Of a DNA stretch of 64,000 nucleotides, positions 63,895-64,000 are shown in pieces. The stretch comes from Myxococcota bacterium (GTDB taxonomy: Bacteria; Myxococcota_A; Polyangia; Polyangiales; Sandaracinaceae), in the NCBI GenBank assembly GCA_036149055.1, contig JAYZQJ010000204.1, positions 19,174-83,173 of the forward strand. The letters are read 5' to 3'. The first letter of the stretch is position 1, and each line of letters begins with the position of its first letter. The position numbers were made by a program, and so were the translations under genes. Below the pieces are notes generated by a model, which was not told the origin of the DNA, did no database searches, and saw only the letters and a list, made by a program, of their open reading frames with translations.

Positions 63895-64000
63895 GCCCTG
63901 CGGCTCGCGCTCGCGCTTTGCGCTCGCGGGCCGCCCGCTGCCGCGGGATCGAACGACTCGAGTGGCGCGTGCGGCGCCCTCGCTGCGCTCGTCGCCTGCC

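Overview
Very GC-rich chromosomal segment, most likely from a myxobacterium (Myxococcota, probably Polyangiales/Sandaracinaceae-like). This is inferred from a MYXO-CTERM protein, an MglA-family GTPase, DUF4388 and TIGR02266-type PilZ proteins, a Hanks-type kinase and many Cys-rich lipoproteins. About 52 protein-coding genes are supported; most of the long overlapping ORFs in the track are antisense or off-frame GC artefacts. I saw no rRNA, tRNA or CRISPR array. All family assignments are from motif recognition, not database searches. Highlights: (i) a translationally coupled pair of thioester-less alpha-2-macroglobulin-like giants, each with an embedded GspG/pseudopilin-type DxWG...S(A/P)GPDGxxGTxDD motif, followed by a 44-aa acidic lipoprotein (32.5-41.8 kb); (ii) a 16-kb, seven-gene yeh-type operon with 4-nt overlaps at every junction (three divergent DUF4132 paralogues, MoxR-like AAA, DUF5682, vWA, SWIM); (iii) a patch of orphan immunity-like genes next to an Rpn nuclease with an internal SD+ATG that fits the intragenic-antitoxin (Rpn-S) design; (iv) an orphan, C-terminally extended MglA; (v) an orphan FtsZ lacking its C-terminal core peptide; (vi) an ABC-F gene with a uORF and an SD-sequestering leader; (vii) a triple-HTH protein with a candidate autoregulated promoter; (viii) a chain of hairpins at the right end of the window.
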